The translations under genes were made by a program, and so were the position numbers. The notes beneath the pieces are model-generated. The model was not told where the DNA came from, did not search any database, and was given only the letters and a program-made list of their open reading frames with translations. A stretch of 59,274 nt of DNA, filler included, from Dugesia japonica (taxonomy: Eukaryota): the NCBI GenBank assembly GCA_001938525.1. It is 4 parts of 4 records of this genome, joined end to end, with 100 filler letters (N's around TTAATTAATTAA, not from the genome) between each part and the next. Parts side by side here need not be neighbours in the genome. Positions count along the whole stretch, not along the records: positions 48,672 to 59,274 come from MQRL01514137.1; 3 more parts are not named here. The stretch is one strand, 5' to 3'. Positions within the stretch are counted from its first letter, which is position 1, and each line of letters begins with the position of its first letter. Of the stretch, positions 51,921-59,274 are shown piece by piece.

Positions 51921-54900
51921 AGTAGTTAGATAGTGGAGCACGGGAACACCCCCCCCAGGAGAAAAAAATTTTTTCGGTCGATTTTTTTGGTAGAATTTTT
52001 TTTCCTCAATTATTTTTTTAAAAATTTTATTTTTAAGAATTCAAATTTTGTGCGTAGGCGGATGACGTCATTGTTTTTTAAATAACGCGCAATTCATTAT
52101 TTTTTTTAATTAAGTAAAAATAATTACTTTTGTATAAATTAGTTGATTTTTATGATTTCTTGTCTAAATTAACCAAAATTTTCTAATTTTAATTAGTGAA
52201 ACAATCATATCTGGACAATTTTAACATTAGAAGTCTCGAGCAATATTAATAACAACAATAATAATAATGAGAAAATCAAAATACATCAAAACACAAAATG
52301 TATTGTTTATAATACACAAATAATCACAGTCATTACATTAGTTACAATCATTTCATAGACATTTCAATCTTGATCTTTATTGAAAATTGNATCTTAATAG
52401 TACAAATTAATAACTACAAATAACAAAATAATTTACCTGTACATGCGCTTCTTTTCATCCAAGTCTTATTTATTACAATATAGAAAAATGCCCGTATGGT
52501 ATGCTTATGTTTTTGTCAGTCCACACTCTTTTGTCATAATTATTGGTTAATGGGACTTTTGGTCCTAAGAAACTGTACAACTGGTGGTTTTTCGTTCCTA
52601 TTCTAAATTGTTTTACTTAGACCGATTGACTGTTATTGTAACAATCAAGGTATGACTAATGATTTATGTTCGTACCTTTTAATGTTATGCCTTTAACCTT
52701 CATCGATTCCTTCTCGCTGAGTAGGCTATAACACTTCGGTCTCAGAAAAACCCATTCTTTATATTTCCTTCCTTTATTNNNNNNNNNNNNNNNNNNNNNN
52801 NNNNNNNNNNNNNNNNNNNNNNNNNNNNNNNNNNNNNNNNNNNNNNNNNNNNNNNNNNNNNNNNNNNNNNNNNNNNNNNNNNNNNNNNNNNNNNNNNNNN
52901 NNNNNNNNNNNNNNNNNNNNNNNNNNNNNNNNNNNNNNNNNNNNNNNNNNNNNNNNNNNNNNNNNNNNNNNNNNNNNNNNNNNNNNNNNNNNNNACATTC
53001 GTAATTTGCTTAAATCAAGAACTGTCTGTCCTATGTAACTTGGCCTTTTGAGACACACAATATCTTTATTTTAGTTGTACCACTATTAAATCTTGATCGA
53101 TCTTAATGGTTCTCTTAAACCCTGATTTTGAGGTATAGGTTACTAACGTCTTTGCTGAATTACATATTCTCAAGTTTATTCGTTTCTTCAGATTTTCAAC
53201 TGATTTACGATACAAGCTGTTGTTCATGAGCTTATAGTAATTTTTATCCAATTTATTCACACTTTCAGCCCTTAATTTGGTGTTTTCGTCGATGTATTGC
53301 TTGAAAATATGATCTTGTGAAAATCTAACTGCCCTGTGAACATTTGTAACTTGCACACCTAATTTCAAGTACATTTGTAGTAATCTCCAGTGTACTATAT
53401 AATTGAACTTTGAATAATGAGTCAACATTTATTTCTTGACCTTGCTTCCTGCACATTGATGTTCGGCTGCAATGGGTAAGTCATTGAGATAATTGTGAAG
53501 TTCGTTGGGAATCTCAATGTCAACTTCTAGAGTGTATCCATATTTTAACGACTCGAGATCTGCATATTTACATTCTTCTAAAACTACTTCTAATCCACAA
53601 TATACCCATTCTAAATTTTTGTATGGTAACTTTTTGCTCAAAGCTCATCCGTACAGGTTATTTATATCGATGTATAACAACTCTGTTTTCATCTGACATA
53701 ATATGGTGTTTGCTGACAAAGGTGAGGCCACCTCTAATTCCACGTTCGAAAAATGTGTACATGTCGTTGTCAGTCAAATGCCTGATGGGTTCGTTTAAAG
53801 TCATCAGATTCGATGCCCAGCTCATACCTGGAATGCCAAAGAAATTTAAGGGTTCCAGACGGTTGTGAGCTAATGACCTTGCTCGAAATTGCTGAAAAAA
53901 GTCAGCTAAGAGAAAGACATCCAACTTCATGTACACCAGCATATAGTCCAGTAAGTTTTTGCATTTCAAGATTTTACACATATCCACCNNNNNNNNNNNN
54001 NNNNNNNNNNNNNNNNNNNNNNNNNNNNNNNNNNNNNNCTTTTTCCTGTTCTTCATCACTATTTCCATCCCATTTTGGCGGCATTTTCTTTGTATTCACC
54101 AGTACTTGTAAACTGGCAGCGTGATTGTATGGGAAAATCCCCTTTGTCCTTTTAATTCTGCTGTCGATAAATTCTTTTGNNNNNNNNNNNNNNNNNNNNN
54201 NNNNNNNNNNNNNNNNNNNNNNNNNNNAATTGATAAATTGATATGAATCAATAAATCGAATGGTAGGTGATTTTGTTTGATGTGCAATAAGACACAAGAA
54301 TTTTTCGCTTGTAGTTGGAAATTGACAGAGTCCATGCTTTAGGATATGGTGCATGTCATATTTTCTTAAATTATGGAATACAACATGTAATTGCATATTT
54401 ATTCTTTTGCTTAGATTGCAACTGTTGCATGCTTCACACATATATTCACCTGTAAAATGATCGTGGTCTGTAACAGGATTTACTAATAATTTCTCACATA
54501 AATGACATGTTTTGGTAGCAGCAAAGAAAATTTCTTGATCCAGAGTTATATTTATCCTCTTTTTTCCATTATTCATATAATATATTTACACAGTATTCTT
54601 GCTGATTTTCTCAATCTCTTTCAAAAACTTAAAAACACAGTCGTTTCCGATAAATTCTTGATATTTTATTTCATTATAGTAATTGTTAACTAGCAAAGGT
54701 CCGGCTGTAATAGGTAAATGTTTTTAATAATAATCCTCATATGGTGATAATACTGATTCAAAATATATGATGAATGGAGGACTTATAGTTTTTTAAAAGT
54801 CCGTAAATTCTAAGTTAGGATCGATCGGCATGGTATATAACGCGGTTCCTGTCTGGATTTTACTACAAAGAGGCTCATGTTTTTCAAAAGCTGCATTATC

Positions 54901-54960
54901 TCAGACAATTAGGGCACCATATTGACCGTATTTGGAAACCGTTCTTCCCTTTTCTAAAGT
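51921..54960 (-). mobile_element. Maverick/Polinton relic 3, with terminus and pPolB
   Basis: AGTAGT terminal motif at 51921 followed by a GC-rich TIR-like stretch, about 550 bp beyond the polymerase stop. Confidence 0.85.
52470..54960 (-). pseudogene. Protein-primed family B DNA polymerase (Polinton type)
   Basis: DHDHFTG..CNSCNL, VFHNLRKYD, FIDSYQF, KGIFPY, DVFLLADFF, IRGG, DINNLYG, KLMNNSLY, DLSKLRM, LRPKCYS, PYGH; stops, frameshifts and N gaps. Confidence 0.95.
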
Positions 54961-57073
54961 AGCATCATTGAATAATGTGTAATGTAATTCAATCGATAAA
55001 TATATATAATTAATAACTGTTAATTTAGTTTTTTATTGTTTTGACATCATTCAATAATTTAACTTGTTTTGTTGTGATAAGTCTTCAATTAACAAAGATT
55101 ATCTAAGATATTTGATTCATAAAAAAATGAGTTTCATTTGTTTTAACGAGAATTTCATCTAATATCGACTTCTGGATTTCATCTCAAGCTCATTTTTCTT
55201 TGTCACATATAACTTACTTTGATTTATTTGAACATAACTAACGTTTGTCATTGATATCATGGTGGGATTCATCTGAATATAATTTCGGTTTTTCATCAAC
55301 TGAATAATTTGATTTATCTGATTAATACGTTCAATAATAGTGTTAGGTATTTTAGAAATGTTCACCGTAGAATTTGAAGCATTTTATTTTCATTTATAAA
55401 ATTATTTAGTTTATTCAAGCTAAATAAATCAAAATATTAACTTCAATTTTTAAAATCCATTTTTTAAAAAACATTCTAAATAAAAATTNNNNNNNNNNNN
55501 NNNNNNNNNNNNNNNNNNNNNNNNNNNNNNNNNNNNNNNNNNNNNNNNNNNNNNNNNNNNNNNNNNNNNNNNNNTCAATCAAGTATGAATGATTATGTTG
55601 AGTAACAAATAAAGTTCTTTTATTACGTTTGTGTGTTATTTATTATTTGCAGTAATCAATTAATTCTTGGAAAATCCAAAACAAATTGCATGTTGTGTAT
55701 GCTATATTTTCTTATGATGTTTGCGCAAGAGTACAATTAGCACAATAAATTTCAAATAAATGTTCAAATTTGTAGTTTTTAGAGATATTTTCTTTACTCT
55801 ATTTTACGCGCTTATTCTACTCGCGCACCCTATATTTATGAATTTTTTTATATTTACTTGGTAACGACGTAAAAATGTAATTTGATTTTTAAAATTATTT
55901 CTACGAATTTTTTGCCAAAGAAGTTTTATATTAATTATCAGAATCCATCAGTTTTCATACAATTAAATCGTACGAAGTGGGATAGAGGATTTCAAACAAT
56001 AATTTCTTGTTGTATTGTTCTTGGAATATTGATTGTACTTATTCCGCTTGTCCAAATCTATATGAATTTATACAGACAAAGATTTAAATTAAGTAGGTCT
56101 CATCTAAAAATAGTAATTTCAATAAAGTTTATAAAACCTTAGTTTTTACTTTCAAAGATAATCCCAATCAAATAGATATTCACAAAAATGTATGTTCTTT
56201 CTGCAAGACTGACTTTTACTTTATTATCTGAGGCAAGCCAGTTTCGAATTTTTGAGTTGGAAACAACAGATATTTTCTCGAAAGAAATGGTTATATTTAA
56301 TTGTTTAAACATTTCGTTTCACTAAACAAAACCAAATAAGACAACGAAATTAAAAAATGTTATATCTACTCAATCAACCGCGAAATCTAAGTCTCGTGAA
56401 AAATATGACAGTTCGAAGAATATTTCCAAATAACAAGAATTACACAAAAATGAATAATATTTATAAAAAACTACGTAATATTCCTTTCTTAAAAATCCAT
56501 TTGTCCAATATCTTACAACAACTATTTCTATTTTTCATTTAAAAGTTGCTGTAAAATTTTGAAAAATATGGCGGTTAATGGGAAAATTACTGCAGTATTT
56601 GATATTTCTTCAAAAAAATAAATGACGGTTAGGATGGACGGAGATTAAGAGACCAATTACTATAACTGGTTTTGAACATTTTTATCCCTTTTGAAATAGT
56701 ATTGATTTTTTGCATTTTTGAGTCCAAAAGTTGTAAAAAACTTTTTAAGGAACACCAATTACAAATAAGTTATTCTTTTGTCTTATTACATGTGTATCTT
56801 AAAACGTCAATTATATCAATAATCTTTTTCAGTGGTGCACAACCCTTTTTATAGACAGGTTGCATCATCAGTCTACATGCAAATTTTTCTGGCTGAAGGT
56901 TGTGCCTCCTGATTTATATAATTAAACTTTAATATAAACATTTGAGATCTCTAAAAATACTAATTATATCATAATACTATTAATCTATTATCGATTTCAA
57001 TATGAAAGTTGAATTTAAAAAGACAATTCAAAACTTTTCTGAAAAATAAAATGGTAATTTAATACGATAATAA

Positions 57074-57397
57074 ATGCTAACACGTTTTCAAATATTTTCC
57101 ATTAATTTCTTATGTTTATTTGTGGATTTAATCGAAAATATTACTTATGATGAAGCTATAAATTCTCAGAATCCATCAGCTTTCATACGATATGATCGTA
57201 CGAAATGGGATAGAGGATTTCAAGCATTAATTTCTTGCTGTATTGTTCTTGGAATATTGATTGCATTTATTCTGCTTGTCCAAATTTATATGCATTTATA
57301 CGGACAAAGATTTAAACGAAGAAGTAGTTCGCATGTAATAGAGAGTAAATTGAGAGCTCATATTCAAGAATCCACCAATAAAGAAACAACCGCATAG
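57074..57397 (+). CDS. Probable terminal exon of a single-pass membrane protein; partial duplicate at 55934-56095
   Basis: Hydrophobic ALISCCIVLGILIAFILLVQIYM followed by a basic juxtamembrane stretch; close copy about 1.2 kb upstream. Confidence 0.45.
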   Translation: MLTRFQIFSINFLCLFVDLIENITYDEAINSQNPSAFIRYDRTKWDRGFQALISCCIVLGILIAFILLVQIYMHLYGQRFKRRSSSHVIESKLRAHIQESTNKETTA

Positions 57398-57603
57398 AAT
57401 TTTTTCAAAAGAAATATAACATTAAGAAACATTAATGTTTAGAAATAATGTAAAAATTATCTTTTTAATTTTAGTAAATTATTTCTTCAAAAAAACAAAA
57501 ACAAAGTTGTGACGTTGATTTCGTAATTTAATTTCAAATTTATTGTTTTGTGGTATTAAGTAATCATTTTTTTAGTATTGTAATGTAAATTAAAATAGTT
57601 TAG

Positions 57604-57900
57604 ATGGCGCAGTTAGATGAAATTATATCAATAACAAAATTAAATAATTTTCGAAAAGGATAGATTGTGGCAAATACAGATTGTGGATTATCTGGGTGAC
57701 AAATCACAAAGAAAATTGGAAAAGCTCAATCGAGTCACTAAATTTCTTCAACATTACAAGTTGACTTTGAACTATAAACGTGAAGTTGGTAGTGGAATAA
57801 AAAGGAAAACAACCAATACTTATAATAAAATATAGTATCTGTGGCATTAAATGCTCGTACTTATGTCTTAATTTCTAAAAAAGAATCGGAACGCACTGAA
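57604..57900 (+). mobile_element. Tc1/mariner transposase N-terminal HTH fragment
   Basis: LNNFRKG*IV...GLSG*QITKKIG...REVGSGIKRKTT. Confidence 0.7.
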
Positions 57901-59274
57901 AAGTAGTGTTAATTTACTAGGTTTTTTTTTTACAAAATTACAATTTTAAAGACAGAGTTCATTTCAGTTTAAATATTTATTATAATAAATTCTATATTTT
58001 CGTCATATATTTCCTAGATCTCGATTTAATGTCTAGAGCGCTATGTTTTCCTTTGACTAGCCAACTGCGAACATACATTTTGCGATCAAAAGAAGTGAGT
58101 GGAGGACTAATAAGTTTTATAAATAGCAAATTTGAGAGAGGTCTAGTTAATAAAGCGAACGTGTTGATGTAACTATTAAATTCATAGCTAAAATCATCGC
58201 TCACATTCTGCACTTGAATTAGAAATCTGATTGCAGTTTCTTAATTTATATTAAATTTTTGTGACAACAAATATACCTCTTCTTCGCCATATCGTATGCC
58301 ACATTTTTTTATTTCAGGCAACACTAGAATTAGGATACAATACTTTAAACTGTGTCAGTAATTTTTCAGATTCATTTGTATTATTGTGTCAAATTACTCT
58401 TGCATCTTTTGAAGCTTCAGAGAAATGCTTAAATAAAGCAGGATAATCTACCCAAAGTGCTTTTACGATTCTCAAAGAGGATGAAGCCCAACAAACGTCT
58501 AAAATTCATCCAATTTTCAACATAACCCTGGTCGTACTTTTTCAGCAAGACTAATGAAAACCTTTTTGTCTGGTTTTGGAAGTGATCGGATTATTTTTGC
58601 GTATTCAATTCAAATATGGGTATTAAACGACATATATATATATATATATGATTGTCAAAATATGATTGTAGCACCTCATACAAACATGTGATTAACATGC
58701 TGAAATCTAACATCGAAAACAACAAATGTTCTGTTAATAAGCACCCAGATCTATTAACGAAATCAGGATATTTAGGCTATAAAATACTTAAGTATTCATA
58801 GCAAGCTTCATTTCGATATACATTTTAAGAAATAGAATTTAATTTGATATCAATGATTATAATGTGTAATATTTTTCATTTTAACCTTTTAAATATAAAT
58901 GTACGTTTCCTAACTTAAACCACCACAAAATCCCTTCTTCGGGATGGTCCAATATATTTAAATTATCCATTTTTACATAGAAAATGTCAAAATGTGGTAG
59001 ATGTGATTAGTGGAAGAAAATGATTTCAAGTCAAAGATGGGATTAAACGACATAGCTTAAGTATATAACACACTAAAGTAACTTTAAAACAAAGAATAGA
59101 ACACGGAAAAAGAATTGCGCATGGCATAAAAAAAGAAATAAGGACGAGACACTGATCTTCCATCAGTTATCGAAAAAGAAATAGTAGATCATATTCTTCT
59201 GTTAGATAGAAATTTACTTGGAATTACTTGAAAGGATTTGCAAAAACTTGATTAAGATGTTGTATAATCACATG

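Noticed and set aside
57992-58620. Minus-strand protein-like frames
   Set aside because: Multiple stops and no recognisable motif; cannot support a call.
1-59274. Alternative genetic code as an explanation for frequent in-frame stops
   Set aside because: All three stop types occur along with frameshifts in the TE relics, and the zinc-finger gene is open in the standard code.

Overview
Very AT-rich eukaryotic (metazoan-like, GT-AG introns) draft assembly. Three 100-nt artificial spacers (N44-TTAATTAATTAA-N44) split the window, so it is probably four joined pieces. It is mostly decayed mobile DNA: three Maverick/Polinton relics, Ty3/Gypsy remnants, two hAT transposons, NeSL/R2-type non-LTR elements (one with a Ulp1-like protease), a Penelope-like element with a minimal hammerhead ribozyme, and pogo and Tc1 fragments. 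The only clearly intact host gene is a 10-finger C2H2/AT-hook protein; there are also exons of a UPA/death-domain protein. Two observations stand out. (1) A TATA-binding-protein-like pseudogene lies head-to-head with the packaging ATPase in a Maverick relic. (2) A dispersed ~3-kb unit (about 5 diverged copies) has no recognisable transposase but has CCAAT boxes, a TATA-like box in a hairpin loop, a short leader exon and acceptor-led coiled-coil ORFs showing signs of purifying selection. All calls come from manual translation and motif recognition; no database searches were run.
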